Shown: one piece after another, positions 23,713 through 36,171 of the stretch
How the letters are laid out: the number at the start of each line of letters is the position of its first letter
Numbering within the stretch: the stretch's first letter is position 1
Origin: Podarcis liolepis
Taxonomy: Eukaryota
Length of the DNA: 64,000 nt
Strand: one strand, 5' to 3'
Assembly (NCBI GenBank): GCA_965112155.1
Contig: OZ218107.1
Program-made: the position numbers and the translations under genes
Notes under the pieces: model-generated
What the model was told of the DNA's origin: nothing
Databases searched by the model: none
Seen by the model: the letters and a program-made list of their open reading frames with translations, nothing else

Positions 23713-25311
23713 GATATAAGCAAGCATAATCTTAATATATCTTTGGCAGAATTGCTTGTTTAAATATTCTGCTTTTTTCACAGGAACCATGTATCGGAAA
23801 CCACAATAATATCCCGGTCTCTGCCCACCAAATGCAAATATATATATATATATATAAATCAGCTCTCCTACTGTTTGTCTAGTTTTGTATTGTTGCCCAA
23901 AGATGCGACTGGAACTTAACATTATAACCCTTTTGCTAGCCTTTGCTGTTTCTCAGAATGATTATGACCAAATCAGAGTTGACACTCTACAGATGATGTA
24001 GTCCAAATTCCTGCCCCAAGACAGGATGCTGTGTTTCTAAATATCCTTAAGTAGTGTCTATCCAAGGACAAAGATCTCACCACTTCACAAGATAGCTGGT
24101 TGCATTATTTTATCTCTGCTGTTTTCTGACATGGGACAAGCCCCCTACTTCCTGTTGCTACCATGACAGTTTTCATTCCAAATGAACCAAATAATGGGCA
24201 GAGAAGGGTACTGCAGCTCATCTGTCCAGCTACACCAGGTGAACTGAGGAACCAGTGGATGCCTTCTCTTATATAAACAACTAACTCAGATTTCGTCCTC
24301 AGTCTAATTTGTCAAAGAGTAGCCATATGGACGTATGTGCCTATATATTGCTCCTTCTATACTTCATTCATTCATTTAGAATTTTGCCATTTGTCCAACC
24401 TTGGTAACATGCCTGCCTCTGGCCTCTGATCTGTTTGTTGTTCCAGATCTGACCTTATTACACACCCAATTCTGGCCTCTCAGTTGTTCTGGATCCTGAC
24501 TTCAGTCTGACATAGATAAAATACTAGCTTCTCACCCTTCCAACTACTGTCTGCAGGCCTTATCCTATAGGATCCTGCCATGTTTAAAAACTTGTTTTTA
24601 TATCATTGTTATTGTTATTAACGTTTCTATAACATTTTTGTAGTACTAATCATATTCAAAGTGGCATACAATAGAGGGACAAAAGCAACAGAATTAAAAC
24701 ACTACAAACATAGACACACAATGAATTATCCCACATTAAACATAAAAGCTGCAGTATTCATGTAAAACAACTGAAAATAGCAGAGTACTAAATATTCAAA
24801 ATGGTGATTTTCATAGTCCATCTAAAAAGCTTCTCAGTTTCATTATGTCAGTACCTGCTTTTCTAAATGTTTGTTTTCCTGTTGTTTCTCTTCCAATTTT
24901 AAATGTTGCTTAACACTTTTTGTTAGTATCAATATCCTGCACTATACAAGGTCTGTATAAAAAATGCAGAAGTGGAGATAACAGTGATTATATTTGTCTA
25001 GAGACCATAGTATGGAACGTGGTTTCTAACAGACCTTTGAGCCATCCTTTCCTTAGGTGAACTTAAAGGAATTGCAAGTTAGCATGATTTTACTGAAGAA
25101 TTTTGTCTCTAAGCAATTTCATGAGAACATGTCATAGGTTATTTTGTCATTCTTTCCTGGACACAGGTTATTTTATAGGGTTTTTTCTACTCTCAATACA
25201 GTACTTTGTCAGTTTAATGCAGTTTAAGCAGTTGGAACTCTGTGTGCATGTTGTTCTGTCTCAGCAACAATGAGGTGGCAAAGTGTCTATCTTAGGTGCT
25301 GTCCTAGTAAC

Positions 25312-25352
<41 letters not shown>

Positions 25353-27382
25353 CTAATTGTTTTTCACGTACAGTATGTCCACATTTAATAATTCTTGATC
25401 AGTGAAGCTGTTATGAACCCATATTGTGTCCACTGGCTCCTATTCCCAAACTTGAAGAATGTCTACCTATTGCAATCTGCTCTAGAGCCCATTGCTATTC
25501 TACTGTTAAAGGAACCAAGTGCTGTACTGGTTAGTCAGTTTTGCCTATAAGGTTTCAGAGTTTGGGGCTTTGTCATTCTGTGTCTTCTGTATGGACCATG
25601 GGGTTTAAGGGAGGGGTGGGGAATCTGCATGGCTAATTGTCAGGGATGTAATCTAAGAACACCTGGAGCACCACAGGCTCCCCATACCTGGCTAAAGGAA
25701 AGAAATGACTCTAGGGATAGCACTGGCTTGTCATCTGCTATATGTGACTACTGCCTTCACAGTACTGTGTGAGGAAGGGTCTTTTTTTCTTACCTGTAGA
25801 TTGCTGTTGTTCTTTGAGATGTGCAGTGGATGTAGCTTTTCTGGAATAGTTTCTGAACCATAAATCTCAATTCTGAGATCTAGGTCAATTAGATAACTTC
25901 AAACCTCAAGGATGGCTTTCTATTGTTAATTCCTTTAACGTTTTCTTTGTTCCTGGTTATTTCTAAAATAATGTACAATACATTTTTTACTGGTTGAGCA
26001 GCGGTGATGTTTGGGCTTAGTCTGGGAACTTTGGTATCTGCTCACCTTAGTATCTTAGCAACATGATGGTGCCTCAGAGATGCCACAGCACTCTCCCAGT
26101 GCTTCGTTGAAGAATGGAAATTTATTTCTCTTTCCCTGCCAAGAGGAGGCAGTAGTCTTACTTGTAGCTGGGTAAAGTACTAAATTGCAAACTAAAGAGG
26201 AAGAAATGATTATAGGGTAAGACAGAGGACGGAAACTGAGATGGTGGTATTGTCCCTGGCTTACCACCCAAAATGATTTCTGTTTTGATGATTGATATTA
26301 ATAAGGAAATGAACCACATTCAGTATTGAAGAGGAAAAGTGTAGGAAGCTTTGAGACAGAAGCCATACTTGTTTGTATACCACTAAACACAACTTTGGAT
26401 ACATTGGCTAGTGAGCAACAACAGACTGAATTTCCTAACTATTTGTATCTTTGTGGACAATCATGTTCTGTGGTATCTCTTCCAATCTGATATATAGTAA
26501 ATTGCAGTTCTGGCTAGCAGCTTCCAACTGTAGGGAAAAATCATCAAGAAATTAAGATTGCAGCAAGTACAGTAGAAGAGGTGTGAGGATCTGAGACCAT
26601 TTGGGAACAGTGCTAATGTATTGTAGCCATTTTCTATCTTCTCTCTGCCCCCCAAATTCGTATGACAACAGTATATTTGCCTGCATCCATGTCTGTTTGC
26701 CCGGATGTATGTCTGCAATGCTCAGAGGGTGGGAAGAAGCTGTTGCAATGTGTCTTATGCTACCAAAATGCCAGAAGCAAGCTGGCGGCTCCCTCTGTGC
26801 AGCAGCTATAAAATATAGACACGCTCTTGAATAATACATTGGCATTTTATTAACTAGCAGTAGCATGAGCTTTAGTTAGTTATTCTCTCTTTTCTGTTCC
26901 TCTAGTTCATGCTAGCGGGAGAGATATATCTTAAATTATTGCTAATAACCAATGTTGAAGGGGCCATATGCAGCAAAGGGCAAGGCTGTGAAGATGTTGT
27001 TCAGCTGCATTTCTCAGGCAGCACCACTAATCACTGTCATCTTGGATATGCAGTTTCTGTAATTTGAAAAATACACTGAGTGCAGAAGGATGGTTTTTCT
27101 AAAATTAAAGGTAACTTCTGAAACAAATCTACTCGAGATAGTTCAATGAGTAGATCTCATCCTTCCGTCTGTAACTAAACATGGGCACAATAGGATATTC
27201 TATTGTTTTCCTAGAACATGTTGTTCCTTCAGTTCTTAACATGGCAAGCATTTTCATCATTTCAGGATAGCAACTATACGTAGGATTATGTTCAGTCTTT
27301 TCTTCAAACTTCCTTGTTTTATTTTTGTTCACAATAAACCCATGCATTGCAATGCTGATTCTTATATCCAGAGCTCTATACT

Positions 27383-27383
<1 letters not shown>

Positions 27384-27418
<35 letters not shown>
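27384..27418. repeat. (ATT)n microsatellite
   Basis: Direct reading. Confidence 0.95.
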
Positions 27419-27420
<2 letters not shown>

Positions 27421-28499
27421 TCTTTGCCACGACAATTTAAGATCTGAGACTTCTACAAATGATTCACATTAAATTTACAGATATTTGCTTGCTTTAATCT
27501 CTCCCTCTCTTTTCTTGTTGCCTCTTTTACTTCTTCCCATGACTGATTCTCTTTCCATTGTTGCCTATCTAAAAATTCCTTAAAATATAATCTTTTATCT
27601 TGTTTCCCCCCAATACTCCCCCCGATTTATCATTATAAAATAAAAATAAAAAAAAGGTTTATCAGCTTGAAGTGCTTTATAAATTACCCATTTGTACATC
27701 CTTAGCTCCCTTTCTGTTCCCTTACCCTCTTGTACCTTTCTCATTTTTGTCCGCAAACCTCTGAGCAGGGATGTGAAGTGCTCAGTTCTGTGAAGTGCTC
27801 AGTTTATTTTAAGCTTTATGCTGCTGCTGCTGCTTCTACTACTACTATTACAGTATTCATATGTTGCAAAGAATAGAGTAGCCTCAAGGACAAAATTGCT
27901 TCAAAATCTAAAATAACAACAACCACCTGTAATGCATTAGGTCAACCAACACCCATATCTTTCCTTAAGATATTCTGAATGCCCACATACATCAACTTGT
28001 ATTGGAATTCTCAAAAAGAGCAAACTGTTTTCTGATATCATGCTATATATTTCTAAAGCTGCTTTCTAATAACACAAATTTATTATAGAGATACACACTT
28101 CACATTTCAAGAATATACTCACATCATAAAAGTTTCATTTTCTTAAAACTTTAGTTTTTGAGTAGAGCCTAATATATGTACTAACCGCCATTAATGTCTA
28201 TTTTATACTCTTTTAAGGTAGTTGAATGTGTAAGATTTCAGGGCATTGAGGGATAAAGAGTCCAGTGGCACTAGGAGCAGTTGGTGTGATGGCTAAGCTA
28301 CCATCTTCACCCAGCATTGCTGCAGTTCACCTGGATAGGGAGGTCTGTGCAGGCACAAGGGCAGAGCCAATCTCCTCCTTCTGCTGGTGCTCTTGCACAG
28401 CTCCACCTACCCTGTCATGATAAGCTGCAGTGGATGCTGGTGTTGGGTAGGTGGTTCTGCCCCATCACACCAGGTAGTCCTGACTAAAGGAGCAAATTC

Positions 28500-29220
28500 A
28501 AAAGGAAATGAATCACATAGAAAAACCGAAGGTTATAATCAAGACGAATCTAGAGAGTAGGTCAGTTCAGTAGTTGTACAATTATGGACATGCATATGCA
28601 AGGTCAGATGAGCATATGTTTGGATATAAAAAAGTATGAACAAGAAATATATTCATTTGTCATTTCACTGAAGAAATCACCTGTAAGTTAGCAGGAAGAG
28701 AACTATTTATAGTTCTTGATACCAGTAGTGGATTTTTTGCAAATTCGGATGAATGACAGAAGTTCTAGGTTCTGTACATTCAGTGCAACTTTTGACAGAT
28801 ATAAGGTTTATAAGATTACTGAGTTTTACTGGATGTAAATCCATGAAATTGTTTCCAGGCACTTAAAGAGTAGCTAACAAAAGCAGCTGAATGGAACTGA
28901 ATCTGTGAGCCATTTCCCTGCAAGATTAGGTGCTGTATTGTTGTGGCAGAAAGGCTCACCTATTGCACAGGCAAAAAAACAAATAATCTGTCCTCAAATA
29001 GGAAAATAAATATTGGTAACCATGTTGGGCCATACATAATTCCATTTATTCATCTCTGTAAAATCAGTGATGGAGGAAACAAACCATAATCCACAGGAGC
29101 CAATTTTTTAAAAATGTTTGCATTATATACTCCAAGGAACCCAAGGATGGTTACAAACATTAAATAAATATCAAGTACAGGCAGACAGGTCACAGTTGCT
29201 GGTGCTCTATCAAGGGCATA
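28500..29220 (+). mobile_element. Highly degenerate Ty3/Gypsy pol remnant (RT and RNase H motifs)
   Basis: EEITCKLAGRELFIVLDTSSGF..QIRMNDRSSRFCTFSATFDRY (cf. LAGAK.FS.LDASSGFWQI.L...S...CTF.TPFGRY); ETNHNPQEPIF (cf. ETDHKPL..IF); VAGALSRA (cf. VADALSR). Confidence 0.7.
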
Positions 29221-29304
29221 GGTGAGCAAATGAAACTGTTTGTAGCACAAGGGCTTGTGTGAGTCCAGGAAAGGTTTTGGTCACTGAGATACCTGTGGCT
29301 GCAT

Positions 29305-29470
29305 CATTGTTGTTGCTGGCACCCGTCTATCACAGGAGACAGTAGAAGAGTGGACCTACAGCCATTGCCTTAGCTGCCTTGCCAGTACACTTGTCCAGCT
29401 CAGTGTTCATGGAATGGTTGTTGGTTATGGTGGAACCCAGGTAGACATTTTGGTTCATCTACCACCTCAA
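29305..29470 (-). mobile_element. RTE-clade LINE fragment with internal deletion
   Basis: Same 3' end as 19068 (ttgttgttg...gagacagtagaagagtg) joined to an RT-region piece reading YLGSTITNN..MNTELDK on the minus strand. Confidence 0.5.
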
Positions 29471-29578
29471 GCAGGTGGACCAGGGCTGACACATAGAGTG
29501 CTGGAATAAGGTGTACCAGATACAATTTTTGTGATTGTGTGTCTGTCTGTCTCACACACAAAATCAATGTGCACACAT

Positions 29579-29765
29579 AGAGGGAGATGTAGTAGGAAGC
29601 AGATAGTTCTGCATGTAGGGAAGTAATAATGCAAGAAGAGGAGCAGGGAAGCGAAACCCAGGAAAGCAGCCATTTTAGGATCAGTTGTAGTGTTTTACTG
29701 TGTTAAGTAAAGTTTTATTTGTTCCACACTTCAGTCTCCCCTGGCATCATTTAATAAAGCTTGCA
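29579..29765 (+). mobile_element. Probable polypurine tract plus 3' LTR of the Gypsy remnant
   Basis: agagggaga immediately followed by TGTAGTA (29588), downstream of the pol remnant; agtaaa/aataaa signals inside. Right end not resolved. Confidence 0.45.
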
Positions 29766-30164
29766 GCAGCAAGTCTTGCAGTCGCAGCCCCAGGGAGGTT
29801 CAGAGTGAAAGTTGGTGAGGGGGATAGAGGAAGCATCATGGGGCAGAGAAAGTAAGAGTAATGTTTAGTGTCATTCATGGGCTAAAGCAAACAGAGTTTT
29901 TAAGGCAATATTTGAATAATTAATTAATGACCAGAGGGACGAATCTTGCTCTCAGAGCAATAAAATATGCATTGTGTGAGTTTTAGCGAACAGTCCTTCC
30001 TCCCCTCCTCTCTCTCTTTCCCTCGCTCCCACTTGGACCAGATGATTGATTTCAGCACCCACTCTGCTTGCTTCTAGCACTGACACAGTTGTCTGTTGTG
30101 TCACTGAAATAATTTCTGATGCTGGAGATCGGTGACATTCTGTTCACTGTTGGAGTACTATAAA

Positions 30165-30280
30165 CAGCTCTAGCTACCTCATCTCAAAACAAATACAGTA
30201 GGAAACTGGAAAAAGGTTCAGAAAAAGAAACTGTAATAACCATGGGCATGTAAGACTTCCATACAGGGAGAGGATGCCTT
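30165..30280 (+). mobile_element. Degenerate CR1 ORF2 fragment
   Basis: cctcatctcaaaacaaatacagtaggaaactggaaaaaggttcagaaaaag...ttccatacagggagagg resembles the CR1 motif PHLKKD..ELEKVQKRAT...LPYEERL. Confidence 0.5.
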
Positions 30281-30533
30281 AGAAGAAGAAGAGGAATAAG
30301 AGTTTGGATTTGATATCCCGCCTTTCACTCTAAGGAGTCTCAAAGCGGCTAACATTCTCCTTTCCCTTCCTCCCCCACAACAATCACTCTGTGAGGTGAG
30401 TGGGGCTGAGAGACTTCAAAGAAGTGTGACTGGCCCAAGGTCACCCAGCAGCTGCATGTGGAGGAGCGGAGACACGAACCCGGTTCCCCAGATTACGAGA
30501 CTACCACTCTTAACCACTACACCACACTGGCTC
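30281..30533 (-). mobile_element. Young tRNA-derived CORE/MIR-like SINE (Squam2-type) with (CTT)n tail
   Basis: Minus strand gagccagtgtggtgtagtggttaagagtggtag...gggttcg...gtgaccttgggccagtcac; near-identical to 52513-52813. Confidence 0.85.
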
Positions 30534-30921
30534 TCAGTGTGACAGAAAACAGAAAACAGGCAGGAAAGAGGAAATAAAATAAAAGCATTTCTGTGTTTTT
30601 GAATAACAATGACAGTAGAAGAGCTGCTTATTCTGGTTAATATAAGAACCAGAGAGATCCTACTGAAATTAATGCACATCAGATCTAAAACAAGAAAGGG
30701 GGTGTTTTCGTTCTGTGCACAGCTCACCAGTGGAACAATGATTGAGCTGATAGCCAGTAATATAATCAGATTTAAAATGGGCTAGAGATATTTGTGAAAA
30801 TCAGGACTATTAGTAGGAGCCAGCTAAAATACTCAGAGCTGACATCTGTATGGTTCTATGCAGACAGGAACCATCAGAAGCTCAAAGTGAAAAATGAAGT
30901 ATCCTATTAGTGTAGTTCTGA

Positions 30922-31465
30922 AGGACTAACTCACTGTTGGAGAAGACACATTGCATGTAGATGGTCCCAGTTTCATGCCCAGACCTCTTTAGTTAAAAGA
31001 ATTGCAGTACTGTGGTACCTCAGGTTACATACGCTTCAGGTTACAGACCCTGCTAACCCAGAAATAGTACCTCGGGTTAAGAACTTTGCTTCAGGATGAG
31101 AACAGAAATCGTGCTCCGGCAGTGCGGCAGCAGCAGCAGGCCCCATTAGCTAAAGTGGTACTTCAGGTTGCACTTCAGGTGGTACTTCAGAACAGTTTCA
31201 GGTTAAGAACGGACCTCTAGAACGAATTAAGTACTTAACCCGAGGTACCACTTTAGCTAATGGGGCCTCCCGCTGCCGCCGCACAATTTCTGTTCTCATC
31301 CTGAAGCAAAGTTCTTAACCCGAGGTACTATTTCTGGGTTAGCGGAGCCTGTAACCTGAAGCGTCTGTAACCCAAGGTACCACTGTAGAATAGTTGGGAG
31401 ATTCTGTTAGATTTTGGAAAGTCCTAGGCACAGTACTTGGCTAAAGGAACCTAATCTTTACTCAA
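30922..31465 (+). mobile_element. Degenerate Squam3-type SINE split by the MITE at 31010-31385
   Basis: Head ttgcatgtagatggtcccagtttcat...ctctttagttaaaagaattgcagta to the left of the MITE; weak tail similarity to the right. Confidence 0.45.
31010..31385. mobile_element. Tc1/mariner-superfamily (pogo/Tigger-like) MITE, fold-back variant, 376 bp
   Basis: TA at 31008-31009 and 31386-31387; ends c(t)gtggtacctc / gtaccactg; same family as 35931 and 54998. Confidence 0.9.
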
Positions 31466-31879
31466 TGGCCCCATTTAGACATAACCCAAAACTATAGCTT
31501 GTTTCAAAATCAAACCAGAGGCTCTTGCATCCCCTTGTGCCTTTTGTCTTCTCCCACATGATAGTGGAGGATATTAGAATCTTCTGCTTCTAATTCACAG
31601 GAAATCACCATCACTATTTCTTTCCAAATGCAAACTGTAGCTTGGTCACAAATCAGGAGCCCACATCATGTTTCAATTATAGTTTTAGGGCAAATTATAA
31701 TTTGGGCAAAATGGCAATCTATGGTTTACCTTAAGTATAAGCAGAAGCTTCTAATCCTTTCCCTCTCAACTGCTCTCTATCCTCCAAGCTATAGTGCAGG
31801 AGGATATTGCACTGCAAGACCCATGAGACCCAGTCAGCATGTCCAATGGTGAAATATGATGGGAGTTGAATCTAACAAT

Positions 31880-31961
31880 CTTCTTCTTCTTTGGCGATCA
31901 CTCGTAGCCGAGTAAGATTGTCTTCCATAAGCACGGTTTTAACAATGAGTCCGTATACCTT
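31880..31961 (-). mobile_element. 82-bp 5'-truncated LINE 3' end (RTE-like) with (GAA)n tail and 11-bp TSD
   Basis: TSD aatctaacaat (31869-31879, 31962-31972); minus strand ...cttactcggctacgagtgatcgccaaagaagaagaag; inserted in an older MITE. Confidence 0.8.
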
Positions 31962-34900
31962 AATCTAACAATATCTGGAGGTCCACAGGTTCTCCATCTG
32001 TGGTTTGAAGAGTTATCTAAATGTGACCAGTATAAGACATTTCCTTTATGTTTTCTTGCCTATTTGTTTGCATTTTGTACAGATCCTTTTTAGAGGCAAG
32101 TCTCTGACTGTTGTTTTCATTGAGATAGGTGGTATTTATATTTTTGAATCCAGTTCTATAACTTACACATCCACTGTATTATTTCTACTGATTCTTTACA
32201 TGGTTATTGGCAATGTTTTGCTGATCAGTGATGAATGTTGCTGGTTCTCAGTATCTGTCCACTCTATGGTCTCCTTGAATTCACTTGCTGAGAATTGTGT
32301 AAGAGAAACTGGGTGTTTACTTCTTCTAACACTTCATTCAGTCCTCTTTGATTTCAGCGTACTGCCCAGGGACAGACAAGCCAGAATAGCTTGCCCTTTG
32401 AGTGATAGAAAATGTGTGTAACATGGATTCCTGGACATAAACATTTCCCATGATAAAATGGACTAGAAAATCTGCAAGAAAGAAACCAGTTGGTACTATA
32501 ATCTTTCACTGCATAATCCCATTTCCCCCCTCTTCTAGAAGTTCAACCATTTAACACCACAAATAGCCAGTTCTTTATGCTGTGGGGTGATTCAGAGTTG
32601 CCATGGCAATGAGGCTGTCGTTCCAAATTAGGACATGTTCCTGCTGCTTTTTTCTACATGAGCTTTCCTCTTGTCTTATCTCTCTCCTTTACTATTTCCT
32701 TTTTTAAAAAAAATGATGCTATAGCTGAGAATGTTACCATTTTTTCCTCTCACCCCTTGAAAAGGACAATATTTTATGAGTCTGCATTAATTCCCATGAA
32801 TCTTGTGCCAAAACAGGCAGCTGTGCCAAATTTCACACTATGTAATTTAAATTTACTTGTCCTGTATTGAACTCGTGGAAGTGATGAACCAGCCCCCTTG
32901 TGATCAGAGCACTGCAAGAACCAGGGGCTTATTTAGAAAAAAATGGAGAATTCAGAACTGCAACCTGGACCGTTTATTTTCTGTGAGACCAAAGGTATTC
33001 TTTTTCACATAGTATCTGGTAAATAGATCAGTGGACTAGGGGTAGTTGGCGACTCCCAAAAACTGGAATGCTAAATGTTCCATCCACCCTTCCCATCCCT
33101 CTGGTCCACACAACTAAAGTTTGTTTTGCTTGCTCTAGAGCAGCTCTGCCAGTGGAAGACAGATATTGTTTTCTGCACAATAGCTGAGTGAAAAACAGAG
33201 GGGTGCTCCTGCCCTCCTGCCCTGTGTAAACACCCTCAGACATTGGGCTGGTCACTATTGGAAACAGATTGCCGGACAAGGAGATGAATGGAGAGAAATG
33301 GCATGCCAAGACCACAAATTGAGTACACAGAACTTCACTGAACCACTCCTCTGATTCTGCATTTGCTGATGTACCCCATACATGGTACTGAAGGCTAACT
33401 AGTGAGGTTGAGAGAGGCCACAGAATAACAAAATAAAGAGGTAGGATCTGAGTACAAATAACCAAACTCCAATAATTTCCCCATTAGTTAGCTTACTTGA
33501 AATTATTTTCCCACCTAGATTCCCACAAATCAATTCTCTTTCAATTAATTTACCACTAAAATATTCTTTCCCCATCCCAGCCAAAGTAGGACCCCCTTTC
33601 CTCACACTCAAGCCTGCCAGAGCGCTTGTTCCCAATCCTCTATTCTCTAATCTCCATTTTTCAAAGGGTAGGACTTAGAAAACAATGACAAGTAAGTTGG
33701 GAGAGAAAACCTCTTGATAATAGTTACTTTTTTATATTTGGCATAAAACAAACTTGCACATCCCTTCTCAGCCTAGGCTGATGATGGTTCAAAAAAAGAA
33801 AAGGAAAAGGAAAAAAGCAAGCTTTATGGCAAAATTTTAAAATTAAGGACTTGCAACGCCTGGCCTCCAATGAGGCTGTACTGTTGATGGGTGGGAAGGC
33901 TTGCCTTAACTTTTCCCTCCCCAGCTGCAGCCCCACCGACATTGCTTCTCCTCTATTATTGTTAGCCTTAGGGACAAAATCCAATTGTAGCATGCATGGG
34001 GTTATTTTTGCCCAGGATTGCAGCTGAGAAGAGCAAAGTCACCCCTCTCTGTTCACTGCAGACTTGATGGAAGCCAGACCTACTCCATGCCTAGTATTAA
34101 ATAAGAAAACCCTTAAGATGTGGTTGCTAATAACATGTTTAGCATCACATGCCATTTGGTTCTTAAGGATGTAGATGTTGAGCTGCCAAATGGGTACTAC
34201 TGTTTTGTCTATGAGTTGTTTCTGGCATGGTCTAGCATCTGGTTGTCATAGTCAAAACCCCCAGGTTGCACCCATGGCTGGTTCTCATGGACAATGCTTG
34301 TTCGGTTCTTGGCTTAAGCCCAGTGTCTGCTCTTCATCCTTCAAGTGGATTCATAAGCCTCAAATCAGATTTGAACTGGTTCTGATGCAGCACATTCATG
34401 TAAAAATAAGCATATGGATGTATTATGTACAGAACTTGAGTATTCAGATTGCATAATTGTGGCAGGTGCAATGGCATCGTTATATACTTAGGAGTTGATT
34501 TTTGTGTGAATGCCAAAACCTAAAGTGATGTTGGCCTTTCTTTTGTGAGAAGCTATGGCTGACATAATCCTTGCTCTGACATCATCAGTGCCTTTTGCTA
34601 ATGTTTCCTTCCTGATGGCATGCCAGGGCTGCTCATGCAGCTGCAGTGGAATAATATCTTACACACTCCCACCTTCAGGGAGGGAAAAGCACATTGCTTA
34701 GAGCAGGGTTCACTCAGCAAGATGTGGAAGAGAGCAGCTGCGTCACTGAAGAAACTTTAGCATTGGCCCTGAAGAATGTCAGGAAAACAAATGCGGCACA
34801 AATCCTTTCCTGACCCCCCCCCCCTTGCACTGAAGCATGTGATGAACAGGGAAAGAAAGGGACTGAATGGGATGATAAAGACAAAATCCGAGACCTCTGG

Positions 34901-35629
34901 CTGCAGGAGAAGTGGAAGTTCTTCTTACGGGGTTTATCCAACCCAAGTGCTCCTACTGCTGCTTACAGTGATGAGCTAATCTCCATAGATTTGGTGAGCC
35001 AGTTCCAAAAGTTTAGATGCTTAGTCAGACCTTTCTGATTTGAAGACAGGTTGGAAAACAGCCAGGAACAGACTTTTCTTACAAGATTTCCAGTGCTTCA
35101 TCATTAAAGCTGTGCTTGAAGTACACTGAAAATAGCTTTTCCTTGCAGTACGTTGCTACCTTGACTTTCTGTCCCAGCTGGCATGCAGGGACAACCACAA
35201 TAATGAAGTGGCCTGGGATTCAGGAGTGACTTTCTGGTCGTTTCTCATTTTAGTTTAATTTCTTCCTGTCATTCCACAGATGTTTTCATTCTGTCCTTGC
35301 TGTTTTGTGTTGTGGTCCTGTGCGTTCTCTGGAATTTGCAAGCTGGTAAACTACAGGGCTGAACATGAATGGAAGAAGTAGTAGCAAGTGGGAAATGTGA
35401 GCTTAAAAACACCTGTAAGTGAGAGACGGGAGTATAAGAGTTGGAGAGGAAAAGAAGCAAATAGAAAAACTGGTACAGCAGGGAAATTTGTGGATAGCAC
35501 TGTTTCCAAGAAATTGCAGGGGATTATTTAGCATTTAAGTGGCAATCCTAAAATGGTTTGGGGACTTGAAAAAAACAACAACCTTGGCAACACAGACTAA
35601 GGGCTTATTGATAGAATCTGAAGAACAAC

Positions 35630-35828
35630 AATATTTACATAGCACCTTCCTTAAGTGTTTGAAGTGCTTTATCTGCATTATCTTAGTAATCAATACAGCG
35701 GTGTAATATATGCCAGCACTTTCATCATCCTCATATTATAGACGGAAGATTGGGCTGGAGAGATAGTGGCTTGCTACTATCACTGAGTGGATTTATGACT
35801 GAGCTGAGATTTGAACAAGAGACCTCCT
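35630..35828 (-). mobile_element. Ancient MIR/CORE-like SINE
   Basis: atttacatagcacc...aagtgcttt...catcctcatattatagacggaagattgggc...gagctgagatttgaac pattern of a reverse-oriented MIR. Confidence 0.55.
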
Positions 35829-35930
35829 GAGGCACTTCCAGACCTGTCAGTAGTTTTGGGTGGGATTCAATCCCATACCAGCTAATTAGGTTGTGTAGTT
35901 AAAGTTGGTTTGACACTCTTGTGCAACATA

Positions 35931-36171
35931 CAGTGGTACAGTGGTTAAGTACTTAATTCGTTCCAGAGGTCCGTTCTTAATCTGAAACTGTTCTTAACCT
36001 GAAGCACCACTTTAGCTAATGGGGCCTCCCGCGGCCGCCGCGCCGCTGGAGCACGATTTCTGTTCTCATCCTGAAGCGAAGTTCTTAACCTGAAGCACTA
36101 TTTCTGGGTTAGTGGAGTCTGTAACCTGAAGCGTATGTAACCTGAAGCATATGTAACCTGAGGTACCACTG
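35931..36171. mobile_element. Tc1/mariner-superfamily (pogo/Tigger-like) MITE, standard 241-bp form
   Basis: TA|cagtggtac ... gtaccactg|TA; internal taacctgaag repeats. Confidence 0.92.

Noticed and set aside
31010-31385. CRISPR-like array (recurring ttcaggtta / taacctgaa units)
   Set aside because: Units are short, irregularly spaced sub-terminal repeats of a TA-flanked MITE found three times in the window; no cas genes; vertebrate DNA.
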